The notes below the pieces were generated by a model. That model had not been told where the DNA came from. It made no database searches and saw only the letters and a program-made list of their open reading frames with translations. 64,000 nt of DNA from Candidatus Hydrogenedentota bacterium (lineage in GTDB: Bacteria; Hydrogenedentota; Hydrogenedentia; Hydrogenedentales; SLHB01), in contig DAOTMJ010000027.1 in the NCBI GenBank assembly GCA_035450225.1, positions 2,631-66,630 of the forward strand. Reading direction: 5' to 3'. A program made the translations under genes and the position numbers. Shown piece by piece: positions 10,412 to 20,088 of the stretch (its first letter is position 1; every line of letters begins with the position of its first letter).

Positions 10412-12682
10412 TCACAGATGCGGGAAAAGTTTTAGTTTCTGGTGTGTCTTGAAAAAAGACAAATCGGACGGCAACCACACATTCATCAGAAGCGGAAAAT
10501 CTTCCTTGTTGCGAACCCGGTAAAAACCTTTTACCCGAACGCTGTCGGGAAAGACGACTCCCCGCAGTGTTGACAGGGGGGCATCATGGAACCGGGGAAA
10601 ATTTTCCGTGAAGCGAAAGACCGGAAAGAACAGGCGGAATGTGCATGGATTGGGTTCGCCCGACAAGGGGTACAGCTCCCAGGTGTCGCAACCCGAGGCG
10701 GGATCGTCGAACTTGAAGACGACGTTTGGGTCTTCGCCCGAGGATTCGATTTCGACGGCCACGTATTCAAAGAGGATATCCGGAACGCGCTCGACCGGGA
10801 GTCCGGCAAACGCTAGAACATTCCACAGTTTAACGGGTGGAATGTGTTCCAACGAAGGAAAACGGCTTGGGCAATAGATTTTTCCGCCGCCGGAATAGGG
10901 GCTGACCGTCGAGGGCAGCGGTTCGAGTTCTGCCATTCGGTATTGTTCGATCAATTCGACGATGTTTCGTTCCTGCCATGCGCGCGCCGCGTACAGTGGC
11001 GCCCACAACAGCAGCGCAGCGGCAGCGGCAAAGAAACCTGCGCGCATGGCGGCGCGCAACATGCCGCCGGGCCGGAGACGTCTGAGTTGTTGCGGATTTA
11101 CGGCGCCGACGATCCGGTCCAACACGAAGCCCGGGAACCATAGCGAGGCGAAATTGAGATGGAACGCGTGCCGGTTTTGAAATTCAAGGCTCGGGTAACC
11201 GCACAGATAGATCAACAGGCACAGAACGCCGAAGGCGATCCGCATGTCGCGTCCCGCGATGATTAGAATGGCCGCCGCGGCATACCACAGGCCGAAGCGG
11301 TACAGATGTCCGGCTATGGGCGTATGGATGTTTGCCGCCGTTTTTGCGATCGCATCGAGATGGCCGGTAAAGGTGCCGTTCGACAGGTTGCGCACGATTC
11401 GCAGCGTCGCGGCGTACCATCGCGCGACAACGTCGCCGGGAAAAGTGGCGGCGATTTCGTAGACATAGCGTCTCGCGGCCTTTTCCGCGGGCGGGGTCCA
11501 GATATCCATGCTTTCGCTCATCATGAGCGCCGCCTGGGGCGCGAACGCGAGCGTGGGCGTTGCCGGCGTGGCCAAGGCTTCTCCGAACGCCGTGAACAGC
11601 AGGGCTAGGTAAAATCCGGGCAGCGATTGGTAATAGGCCAGGTGCGTTTTTGCGTGGGTGTAGATGAAGGCATGAACGAGGTAATCGGCATTGGAGAAGA
11701 GCGGCGTATAGGACGCGCGTTCGAGATCGACGGATTGCAGGCATGGCAGCGAGAACCCCTGGGTCAGATAGAAGGCGTTGTTGCCGCCGGTTTCGGAGGT
11801 AATCGAAAGCGCGGGCCATGCCGGAACAACAAAGGCCGCAAGGGTCAGCGCGGCGCCCGTCATGCGTGTTTTCAACGGGAGGCGTTGCACACCGCGAGGC
11901 GGACAACCGGCCCGATCCGTCGGATCGGACGGATCCGACGGATTGGTCTTAGGCTCTACGGGCGGCGTCCCGCGCGCAAGGAACAACAGGAAGAACAGCG
12001 CAAGCGGCAGGCAAACAACGGCATCCTGCCGAAATCCCATCCCCGCGCCGATGACGAGTCCCATGGCCAAGGCCGTAGCGAAATAGCGCTGTCGGGTGAC
12101 GGGCCGCACGATAAGGCAGCCGCAGAGAAAAAGCGCCGCGAGGATGAACGGCGCCTTCGTGAAATCGCGAATGGACGGGAGTTCCACAAGCATCGAAGGC
12201 GACGACATGGCCGCCGCCGCGCCGGCCAGCGCGATCGGTCGCCGCATGCCGAGGCGGAAAATGCCGTAGACGACGGCGGCCGTTGCGCCGAAGAACAACG
12301 ACGACAGAATGGCCACGTTGGCCCACGAGATGCCGAACAGGCGCCACACAATCCCTACCGCGTAAATCAGGTAAAAGCGATCCTGGTAGAAAAGGCCCCG
12401 TGCCGGCTGGACGGGCAGTCCGGAAGGAAGCGGTTTTTCCAGCCGGGGCGTTTTATGGGCCAGGAAATCCTGCACGCCGTCCGGCAGCGTCTGCGATTCT
12501 GAAAATCCGTATCCCGAGGCATAAAAAACGGCCGGACGCAACATGTCCGAGACATTGTGTTCGGGACCGGTGACAATGCCGAACGCTTTCATGTAGGACC
12601 AGCAGCCGACGGTTGCGACGACGAAGATCGCCGCCACCACGGCGGCCTCCGAACGTAACCGTTTAGTGTGCGCGGGCGGCAT
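10412..12682 (-). CDS. Large polytopic integral membrane protein (glycosyltransferase-like?), 756 aa
   Basis: More than 12 predicted hydrophobic helices in the first ~520 aa, then a soluble C-terminal domain. 20-nt overlap with the upstream SGNH gene. Confidence 0.5.
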   Translation of the reverse strand: MPPAHTKRLRSEAAVVAAIFVVATVGCWSYMKAFGIVTGPEHNVSDMLRPAVFYASGYGFSESQTLPDGVQDFLAHKTPRLEKPLPSGLPVQPARGLFYQDRFYLIYAVGIVWRLFGISWANVAILSSLFFGATAAVVYGIFRLGMRRPIALAGAAAAMSSPSMLVELPSIRDFTKAPFILAALFLCGCLIVRPVTRQRYFATALAMGLVIGAGMGFRQDAVVCLPLALFFLLFLARGTPPVEPKTNPSDPSDPTDRAGCPPRGVQRLPLKTRMTGAALTLAAFVVPAWPALSITSETGGNNAFYLTQGFSLPCLQSVDLERASYTPLFSNADYLVHAFIYTHAKTHLAYYQSLPGFYLALLFTAFGEALATPATPTLAFAPQAALMMSESMDIWTPPAEKAARRYVYEIAATFPGDVVARWYAATLRIVRNLSNGTFTGHLDAIAKTAANIHTPIAGHLYRFGLWYAAAAILIIAGRDMRIAFGVLCLLIYLCGYPSLEFQNRHAFHLNFASLWFPGFVLDRIVGAVNPQQLRRLRPGGMLRAAMRAGFFAAAAALLLWAPLYAARAWQERNIVELIEQYRMAELEPLPSTVSPYSGGGKIYCPSRFPSLEHIPPVKLWNVLAFAGLPVERVPDILFEYVAVEIESSGEDPNVVFKFDDPASGCDTWELYPLSGEPNPCTFRLFFPVFRFTENFPRFHDAPLSTLRGVVFPDSVRVKGFYRVRNKEDFPLLMNVWLPSDLSFFKTHQKLKLFPHL

Positions 12683-13865
12683 GGCCGATGTCCTCCGCGA
12701 TCAAGGGCGCGACAAGATCCGCAAACAGTGCGTTGCCCGCGGGCGTAAAATGGCGATCGAATTCGAAATACAGACCGGATTCCTCTCCTCTGGCGCGAAA
12801 CCCGTCTGTCACGCAGTGAAAATCCAGGCCGGCCCGTTCGCAGGCGCGCCGCACCGCCTCGTCGGGGGCATTGGTGGCCAGCATGCCGGGATCGGTTTGG
12901 AATCCGACGCGTTGCACATTGCGATACGCCTCCTTGTTTACATAAAAGCCTTCGGGAATGGACAGGACAATGGCGCGGGCGCCGTATCGGCGTGCGGCGT
13001 TTCCGATGCGCCTGAAAGCCCTTGCCATGGGCGCGATGCGGTCTTCCAGATCTTCGATGCGCACCGTGTTCAGGAAGTAACAGGGCGATTCGGCGGCATG
13101 GTTGATCATCCACGGGTTGATCAGGCCGTTGTGAAAGTCGGCCCGGACGGATTCTTCCAGGCGATCGAAACGCGCGCGGTGTTCCGCCGGCATGTTTTTC
13201 AGCAGACCCTTGGCCACTTCAATCCATATCGCGCGGCATTCCTCCGCGGATCGTTTCGAGATCAGGGATTGGGTAGCGTAAACCCGCCGGTTTTTCCAAT
13301 ACCGCGCCCAATGGACCAGATTGGGATACCGGGAAGCGATGAGGTCTCGCCACGCGATCCCCGCGCCGGCCTGCTGAAGATCGTCCCCCGCGAGACATCC
13401 AATCAGCACAAGGTCGGGCCGCAGGACCGGCATGGCCGATTCCGCGATGGCCGCGTATTCGTTCGGTCCGGCGGCCGGCTTGCCGAGATTCAGCACCTCG
13501 ACGTCCATTCCCTGTTCGCGCAGGTTGCGCTCAAGGCGCTTGCACCACGCGTCTTCAAGGTTGACGCCCCAACCATAGGTGAATGAATCGCCTATCGCCG
13601 CGATTCTGTACGCGCTCGTCTTTTTCCGCGGTGTTTCCCGGTCGCGGAAACCGAGCGAGTTGATGTATTCATCGCACGCATAGTCGCGTGTTTTCCAATG
13701 ATCCTCCGTGCCCGGCTGAAAAAGAAGGCCCATCGGACCCGGCCACCATTTGTTGACGACCATTTCGCCGACGGTCCAATCCAGCAGCCGGACGGCTCCG
13801 GCGGCGATCCACACGGAGACAAGCGCCAGCGCCAAGTTCTTTAGAAGGCTGGCTGTTCGTTTCAT
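12663..13865 (-). CDS. SGNH/GDSL hydrolase family protein, membrane anchored
   Basis: Block I IAAIGDSFTYGWGV and block V DRHFTPAGN (Asp/His). Start MKRTASLL has an ATGA overlap with the upstream gene's stop, suggesting translational coupling. Confidence 0.7.
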   Translation of the reverse strand: MKRTASLLKNLALALVSVWIAAGAVRLLDWTVGEMVVNKWWPGPMGLLFQPGTEDHWKTRDYACDEYINSLGFRDRETPRKKTSAYRIAAIGDSFTYGWGVNLEDAWCKRLERNLREQGMDVEVLNLGKPAAGPNEYAAIAESAMPVLRPDLVLIGCLAGDDLQQAGAGIAWRDLIASRYPNLVHWARYWKNRRVYATQSLISKRSAEECRAIWIEVAKGLLKNMPAEHRARFDRLEESVRADFHNGLINPWMINHAAESPCYFLNTVRIEDLEDRIAPMARAFRRIGNAARRYGARAIVLSIPEGFYVNKEAYRNVQRVGFQTDPGMLATNAPDEAVRRACERAGLDFHCVTDGFRARGEESGLYFEFDRHFTPAGNALFADLVAPLIAEDIGHAARAH

Positions 13866-15019
13866 CGTACGGTTTTCCCGGTCAACGACGCTCGTTTCAA
13901 TTCGATTTGCTCCGTGATGCGCTCCTCGAAGGCGGCCATCATGTGCTCCACGCCTTGATCGTTGAGATGGCACCAGTCGGTGAACAGGGTCTCGCCCGGA
14001 ACGCCGTGCGGTTCCGCGGCGATGATTTTCGCCTCGACATCCGCGAGCGGGATTCCTTTTTCCCGCGCGATTTTCCGGATGATGGCGTTTTCGGTGTCCG
14101 AGGCCTGATGGCGCGTCGATCGTTTCAGAACCTCGCGCGCGTATTGCGCGCCTTCCGCGAATTGTCCGCGTGCGAAAAATTCGCGTATGGTTTCTCGTTC
14201 CCTTCCGTTATCCAGTCGCGGATTGCAGAGGTTTGACGGTACGCTTGACAAAACGAGCGGCACGTTTTTCATTTGGCACATCGCAACCATAAGCGACAGG
14301 TTGTGTTCGAACACGGTCATGCGTTCGTCAATCTGTTCCGGCGTGAAGGTCTTGAGCCGGGTGCTGCCGTTTTCCTCCGGAGACAAGCGCAGCAGTTCGC
14401 GGTTGCGTTCGCGCCGCATCGCGTTTACCCGCAGCATGGCGGCGCGATCGCGGATGAAACGGCAAAACGCGGACTTGTACAGCGCCCGCTGAAGCGGCAG
14501 CGACCACAACCGCACGAATTCCAATTGTTCCTGTTCCTCGAATTCGTTGTTTCCCTCGTAGAACACAATGAGATCGGGCTGGTAGCCGAGCAGTTCCGCC
14601 ACGACGGGGACCAGCCGGTGGGTTCCGTAGCCGCACCCGCCCGCGTTGATGAACTCGAACCGGCACAGGTCCGCATAACGGACAGCCATGCGCAACGCAA
14701 GCGATCGGATGGCGCCGCGGGCGTAGTTGATGGACGATCCGCCCACGAAAAAAACGCGGAACGTGTTTTCCGGCTTCGGCATCTTGAAGTATTGGTCTTG
14801 AAACGAGACGCGTTTTTGCGGGGCCGTGATCATCGTATCCGGCGATTTTGCGTCCGGAACGAAAAGGCGGCTGTTCGCGTCGAACCCCCATCCGTAATCC
14901 ACGGGCAGCGGCGGCCGCCAGATTTCGACCACCCGAAAGAGGGACTCCAACAGCACCGCGAGCAGCACGAGCGGCAGCAACGAATAGACAATCGTCTTGC
15001 CAACGCTAAGCGAGGACAT
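13862..15019 (-). CDS. SGNH-like hydrolase (GGS variant), membrane anchored; paralogue of 60182..61465
   Basis: N-terminal TM helix. FFVGGSSINYA block I variant; G.G.HRL.PV.AE.L.Y.PD.I.YEGNNEFEE; C-terminal DWCHLNDQG block V. Clear similarity to ORF 60182..61465. Confidence 0.55.
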   Translation of the reverse strand: MSSLSVGKTIVYSLLPLVLLAVLLESLFRVVEIWRPPLPVDYGWGFDANSRLFVPDAKSPDTMITAPQKRVSFQDQYFKMPKPENTFRVFFVGGSSINYARGAIRSLALRMAVRYADLCRFEFINAGGCGYGTHRLVPVVAELLGYQPDLIVFYEGNNEFEEQEQLEFVRLWSLPLQRALYKSAFCRFIRDRAAMLRVNAMRRERNRELLRLSPEENGSTRLKTFTPEQIDERMTVFEHNLSLMVAMCQMKNVPLVLSSVPSNLCNPRLDNGRERETIREFFARGQFAEGAQYAREVLKRSTRHQASDTENAIIRKIAREKGIPLADVEAKIIAAEPHGVPGETLFTDWCHLNDQGVEHMMAAFEERITEQIELKRASLTGKTVR

Positions 15020-15067
15020 GGCGACGTGTGGCGGCCCGGCGGCGCGCCGGTCCTTCTTGATGAATGT

Positions 15068-16135
15068 TCATATGAAATTGACGTGATCCGGAGGGTGCTT
15101 GAGATCCCACAGGTACCGGTTTACCTCGTCCATCCGGCAGTTGATGCGACATTGGTGCGCGTCCATCTCGTTTTGAACCCACGCGATGACCGCCCGCCGC
15201 TGTTCGCCGTTCCAGATTTCCCCGAAGGTATTCTCGTACAGGTTTCCCAGCAGGAACCGTTCATCGCCGAGATAATTGCAGCAGCCCCACACCTTGCCCG
15301 CGGCGTCAATGTATGTCCAGAACGACATCGCGTAACAGCGGTCATACGAACGGGCCGCCTCATCCCATTTGCGCATCGCGTGCGCTCGGAAAACGACCGT
15401 GAAATCGGGCGTGTTGAACCGCCGCAATTCTTCCGCGAGGGCGAGATCCTGCTCGTAGGAAACCTCCCGGTACTCGTCCGTGATGCTGAGTGGATGCTGC
15501 GAATACGGCTTGATTGCGAGATAATCCATGCCGATATCGCGCGCAATGCCGGCCAGCGTGACCGCTTCGGTCCGGTTTTCCGGCAACAGGATCATCTGTA
15601 GGCCAAGGGCGCAGGCCCACCCGTTGGCCCTTCGCATCTGGGCGGCTTGCTGGAGATTTTCGATGACGGTGTCGAAATCGCCCGGCTGCGTGCGGTGCAG
15701 ATAGGCGTAGGTGTCCCGTGTGCCCGCGTCGAAACTGACCCGGACCCATTGCGCATGCGGAAGAATCGCCTCCGCCTTTTCGGGCGTGAACAGGACCCCG
15801 TTGGTATTGAGCGCCTGATCTATGCCCGCGGCCTTGCCGGCCTGAATAATCTCCGCCATGTGTTTGTGCAGCAGCGGCTCCCCCTCCCCCGCGTGCATGA
15901 TGCTTTTGACGCCCAGGCGTCCCATTTCCGCCAGGCGCTCCCGGAACATGTCCCAATCGAGAAACCGCCGCTGGTACTTCATGAAGTCTTTGCCGCAGAA
16001 CCGGCACCGGTGGTTGCAGGCGCCCGAGGGGCTCGTCTCGATGTAGATGGGATAAACGTTATCCCCCTGCAGCCACGCGCCCACCCGTCCCGCGTGATAC
16101 ATCATCTTGTGGCTGTCTATGCGGAACTTGTCCAT
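15068..16135 (-). CDS. Radical SAM domain protein with C-terminal Cys-rich (SPASM-like?) region
   Basis: CNHRCRFC (CxxxCxxC) in the N-terminal third. Additional Cys at CCNYLG and CRINC near the C-terminus. Confidence 0.8.
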   Translation of the reverse strand: MDKFRIDSHKMMYHAGRVGAWLQGDNVYPIYIETSPSGACNHRCRFCGKDFMKYQRRFLDWDMFRERLAEMGRLGVKSIMHAGEGEPLLHKHMAEIIQAGKAAGIDQALNTNGVLFTPEKAEAILPHAQWVRVSFDAGTRDTYAYLHRTQPGDFDTVIENLQQAAQMRRANGWACALGLQMILLPENRTEAVTLAGIARDIGMDYLAIKPYSQHPLSITDEYREVSYEQDLALAEELRRFNTPDFTVVFRAHAMRKWDEAARSYDRCYAMSFWTYIDAAGKVWGCCNYLGDERFLLGNLYENTFGEIWNGEQRRAVIAWVQNEMDAHQCRINCRMDEVNRYLWDLKHPPDHVNFI

Positions 16136-16147
16136 GGGATTCCTGGC

Positions 16148-17689
16148 TTACTTCATCAACGAGGAGACGCTGCGGAAATACGAGACCGGGTCGAGATAGC
16201 TCTTGTTGCCGATGACGGCGCAGGCCGCCGCGCCCGCCACGTTCCCGATGAATCCGAGGATTTCGGTGGGCGCGCCGAGGGCCGCGCACGGCGCCGTCAG
16301 CGCGAGGCACGCGTCGCCCGCGCCGATGCGGTCCACGAGTTTCACGCTGAAGACCGGCGTGCGCGAAAAGCCGGTCCGCTCGTCGTAGCCGACCGTGCCG
16401 TTCTGGCCGCGGGTGAGCAGGAAACTCCGGCATTTCAACTGTTGGGCCAGCACCTGCGCGATGTTCTGGATGTCCACGTGCTTTTTCTTCATTTCGAGCC
16501 GCGCTTCCGGTTCGTCAATTGTCACGAAGTCCGCGCGCGGATACCGCGACACCAGATTGAAACCATAGTTGCCAGGGTTGACCTGTACGTTCAACGCCAG
16601 GAAAGGCGCCTTTTCGCACAAGACTTCGATTACCTTTTCCGTCATCAGCCCATGGCCATAATCCGCCACGATAACGACATCATGCTCCGGCGCCAGCGAT
16701 GCGACCTTTTCAATAAACGCCGCCTCGTCCTTGGGCAGCAGCGGATCGTCGTTCATCGCGTCGGTTTCCAGCAATTTGATGCTGAGATAATCCTCCAGGT
16801 AACGCCGCTTGACAATGGTCGGCCCGTCTGTTTTGCGGATGAAATGCAGGCCGACGTTGCCGTTCAGGTGTTCTCGGATGAATGCTTCCTGCGTGTCGTG
16901 GTCGCCCAGCGCCGTCAGGCAGTTCAGGCGGCCGCAGAATCCCGCCAGGTGGTTGTTGATGGCCTGGATGCCGCCTAGGTAGCGCTCCATGTACTTGAGT
17001 TTCGCGGCGAGAATGGGATCCTTGTTGGCCTTGTTCATCACGTCGCAAAAACAATACTCGTCAATGATCGTCTCGCCGATGGTGAGGATTTTGAGCGTGG
17101 CGATGTCACGCAGATACTTGAAGATATCTTCTTCGGAATAACGCGACCGGAATTCCTCGAGATACAGCCGCACTTCAGGGGAAAAAAGATCCGTGTACCG
17201 GTTGATCAGGGCCGATGCGCTGAACGTGTCCTCTTCCGTAAGATGGAGTTGGCCGCCGATGCTCCTGACCGCTTCCTCTTCCTTCAGGATGGCGCCGGTA
17301 TGATCGCGCAGGCCGGTTTCGTTTGTCGCGCCTTTCACAAAAAAATTGGGTTTCAGCAGGAGAATCGTTTCGACGGCGCTCGGCCACTTGTTGATGGCCA
17401 CATAATCCACGCATTCGAGCGCGGCCAAGGCCTCGGCGCGCAACTGGTCCGTGAAGACGGGCCGGTGCGGTCCTTTGTCCACGAAATGGTCCGGCGTCAG
17501 CGTGACGATGAGCACATCGCCCAGCCGACGCGCCGCCTGCAGATGTTTGATGTGGCCGATATGCAGCAGATCGAACACGCCGTGGCAATGGACGATGGTC
17601 TTGCCGTTCGCGCGTGCGGCGTCCAGTTTGGCCTTCAGATCGTCGAGGCTCATTATTTTTCCGGATAGAGGCACGGCATTCCGCTCCAT
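16148..17689 (-). CDS. Bifunctional cytidylyltransferase-like nucleotidyltransferase / PfkB-family sugar kinase (HldE-like, reversed domain order)
   Basis: The N-terminal ~140 aa carry HCHGVFDLLHIGHIKHL, the HxGH signature of the cytidylyltransferase superfamily. The C-terminal ~330 aa carry the PfkB signature DRIGAGDA. First gene of the operon. Confidence 0.75.
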   Translation of the reverse strand: MERNAVPLSGKIMSLDDLKAKLDAARANGKTIVHCHGVFDLLHIGHIKHLQAARRLGDVLIVTLTPDHFVDKGPHRPVFTDQLRAEALAALECVDYVAINKWPSAVETILLLKPNFFVKGATNETGLRDHTGAILKEEEAVRSIGGQLHLTEEDTFSASALINRYTDLFSPEVRLYLEEFRSRYSEEDIFKYLRDIATLKILTIGETIIDEYCFCDVMNKANKDPILAAKLKYMERYLGGIQAINNHLAGFCGRLNCLTALGDHDTQEAFIREHLNGNVGLHFIRKTDGPTIVKRRYLEDYLSIKLLETDAMNDDPLLPKDEAAFIEKVASLAPEHDVVIVADYGHGLMTEKVIEVLCEKAPFLALNVQVNPGNYGFNLVSRYPRADFVTIDEPEARLEMKKKHVDIQNIAQVLAQQLKCRSFLLTRGQNGTVGYDERTGFSRTPVFSVKLVDRIGAGDACLALTAPCAALGAPTEILGFIGNVAGAAACAVIGNKSYLDPVSYFRSVSSLMK

Positions 17690-17917
17690 AGGTTCAAACC
17701 GATGCTAACACACCCCTTGTTTGAAGGACAAACGAAGGAAACGACGGGATGGGTGCATCGAATGGCGCCCATAATCGTGTTTTCCCGGTTGAGAACCGCG
17801 CCGGCTATTTTAGTCTTCTGCTGTCGCGGCAATGACTAATGTTGTCGGGACGAAAAAAAGAGGAAAAGGCGCGCTTTTCGGCGGGTTGGAGAGGGTCGGG
17901 CGGGATCCGTTCGCCGG

Positions 17918-20074
17918 TTGCATTGCTTCCGCAAAAGGTATAACGTTGGGCTTCGTATTGAGCCCGTGCTACAGGCTGGTAAACGAATGGGGTGTACCGT
18001 GCACAGGAACATCGAGGAGGCGCTGCGCGAAAGCGAGCAACGGCTGCGCGCCTTGGCCGACAACCTTTCCAATGCCGTGGTTTATCAGTTGATGGCCGAA
18101 CCGGACGGCGGACGGCGCTTCACTTATATCAGCCGATCGGTGGAACGCCTGAACGAAGTAACTGTGGAGGAGGTGCTGGCCGATGCCGGGGCGCTTTACG
18201 GCCAGGTCTTGCCCGAATATCGCGCATTGGTTGCGGCACGCGAGGAAGAGGCCTTGAAAACACTCACTCCATTGCATGTCGAGGTGCAGAGCCGCCTTCC
18301 CGGCGGCCGCCTGCGGTGGTTTGAATTTACTTCCACTCCCCGTTATATAGCGGAGGGCGTTCTGGTCTGGGACGGGGTCGAAGTGGACATTACCGATCGC
18401 AAGCGGACCGAAGCGGAACTGGAAAGACTCGTTGCGGAGCGAACGTCGGAGTTGATCGAGACCAATCAGAGGCTGCTGAATGAGATTGCCGATCGGTCCC
18501 AAATGGAGATGTTGCTTCGGGACAGCGAGGAACGTTATCGGTCGCTTTATTGGGAGTCCCGGGACGCCATCATGGTTTTGTCGCCGGAAGAGGGTTTTTT
18601 GGCCGCAAACCCGGCCACGGCCGCCCTGTTTGCCTGCCGTGACGAGCAAGAGTTTATCACCCATTCGCCGGCTTCCCTGTCGCCGGAATTTCAGCCGGAC
18701 GGCATCCGATCGGATGTCAAGGTCCGTGAGATAAAGCGCCTTGCCCTGGAAAAGGGCTCCCGCTTTTTCGAATGGACGCATCGCCGGGTGGACGGGACTG
18801 AGTTTCCGGCCACGGTATTGCTTTCGGGTTTCAATTACTGCGGCAAGCGCCTGCTGATGGCCACTGTTCGCGACATTACCGAAAGCAAGCGAGCCGAAGC
18901 GGAACGGCGGGATCTCGAAAGGCAAGTTCAGCATGCGCAGAAACTGGAAAGTCTCGGCGTGCTTGCCGGCGGACTCGCCCACGATTTCAACAATATTCTG
19001 CATCTCATTCTTGGCAACGTGCATCATATCAAGAAAATCGTGTCGGATCTGTCGCCCGCCCGCCCGTTTATCGAAAATATCGAACGTTCCACGCGCCGCG
19101 CCGCGGTGTTGACGCGCCAGATGCTGGCCTACGCGGGCAAAGGGTCTTTCACTCTTCAAGTATTGAATTTGGGCGATCTTGTGGGCGAAATCGTCGGGCT
19201 GATTCAGTCATCCATGTCAAAAAAAGCGCGGTTGCGGCTGAATCTGGTCGGCGATCTTCCGCCGATAGAGGCCGACGCGGCCCAAATCCAGCAGGTGGCA
19301 ATGAATGTGATACTGAATGCGGCCGAGGCGTTGGATGCCGATGAGGGCGGCGAGGTGATCGTGTCCACTTCGGCGCTTTATTGTACGGAAGACGATTTGC
19401 GCGGCAGCCGTGTTATGTTTGGCGCTCCGGCGGGGGATTATGTTTGCCTGGAGGTGACTGATACGGGATGCGGAATGGACGGGGAAACTTTGGAACGGCT
19501 CTTCGATCCGTTTTTCACAACCAAATTCACGGGTCGTGGATTGGGAATGTCGGCGGTGCTCGGAATCGTACGCGCCCATAAAGGCGTCATCCTGGTTCGC
19601 AGCGCTCCGGGCGCGGGCACGACGGTCCGGATACTTCTGCCCGTGGCGGACCGTACTGATCCGGCGCCATCCGACAGCGCGCCGGCATCTGCCGCGGACC
19701 GGCCCTCATGCGCAGGCGTCATTTTGTTTGTGGACGACGAGCCTGACATGCTGGAACTCGGCGCCATGACGCTTGAACAGATGGGATATCGCGTTCTTAC
19801 GGCCGCCGATGGTCTGGACGCACTCGAATTGTTCGAGGAGCAATCGAAGGATATTGGCTGTGTGCTGCTCGATCTGAGCATGCCGCGCATGGACGGTGTG
19901 CAGACGCTGGCGGAATTGCGCCGAATCCGGCCGGATATCCCCGTCATTCTAGCGAGCGGTTACGCCGAACGCGAACTTCAATCGCGCCTGGCCGGCTTGG
20001 AAGTAAGCGCGCTGATCGAAAAACCTTACGATTTCGACAAGTTGGCGTCTATTCTGCAACAGGTGCTTGCCTGA
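17918..20074 (+). CDS. PAS-domain sensor hybrid histidine kinase / response regulator
   Basis: PAS regions, H-box LAHDFNNIL, HATPase GRGLGMS...GAGTTV, and a C-terminal receiver domain (ILFVDDEPDML...LLDLSMPRMDG). The true start may be downstream at MGCTV or a GTG. Confidence 0.85.
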   Translation: MHCFRKRYNVGLRIEPVLQAGKRMGCTVHRNIEEALRESEQRLRALADNLSNAVVYQLMAEPDGGRRFTYISRSVERLNEVTVEEVLADAGALYGQVLPEYRALVAAREEEALKTLTPLHVEVQSRLPGGRLRWFEFTSTPRYIAEGVLVWDGVEVDITDRKRTEAELERLVAERTSELIETNQRLLNEIADRSQMEMLLRDSEERYRSLYWESRDAIMVLSPEEGFLAANPATAALFACRDEQEFITHSPASLSPEFQPDGIRSDVKVREIKRLALEKGSRFFEWTHRRVDGTEFPATVLLSGFNYCGKRLLMATVRDITESKRAEAERRDLERQVQHAQKLESLGVLAGGLAHDFNNILHLILGNVHHIKKIVSDLSPARPFIENIERSTRRAAVLTRQMLAYAGKGSFTLQVLNLGDLVGEIVGLIQSSMSKKARLRLNLVGDLPPIEADAAQIQQVAMNVILNAAEALDADEGGEVIVSTSALYCTEDDLRGSRVMFGAPAGDYVCLEVTDTGCGMDGETLERLFDPFFTTKFTGRGLGMSAVLGIVRAHKGVILVRSAPGAGTTVRILLPVADRTDPAPSDSAPASAADRPSCAGVILFVDDEPDMLELGAMTLEQMGYRVLTAADGLDALELFEEQSKDIGCVLLDLSMPRMDGVQTLAELRRIRPDIPVILASGYAERELQSRLAGLEVSALIEKPYDFDKLASILQQVLA

Positions 20075-20088
20075 CAGGACGTCCACAA

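Noticed and set aside
14273-16978. Plus-strand ORFs 14273..15601 and 15647..16978 (442/443 aa)
   Set aside because: They are antisense to the SGNH, radical-SAM and CTase-kinase genes, with GC-artefact composition.
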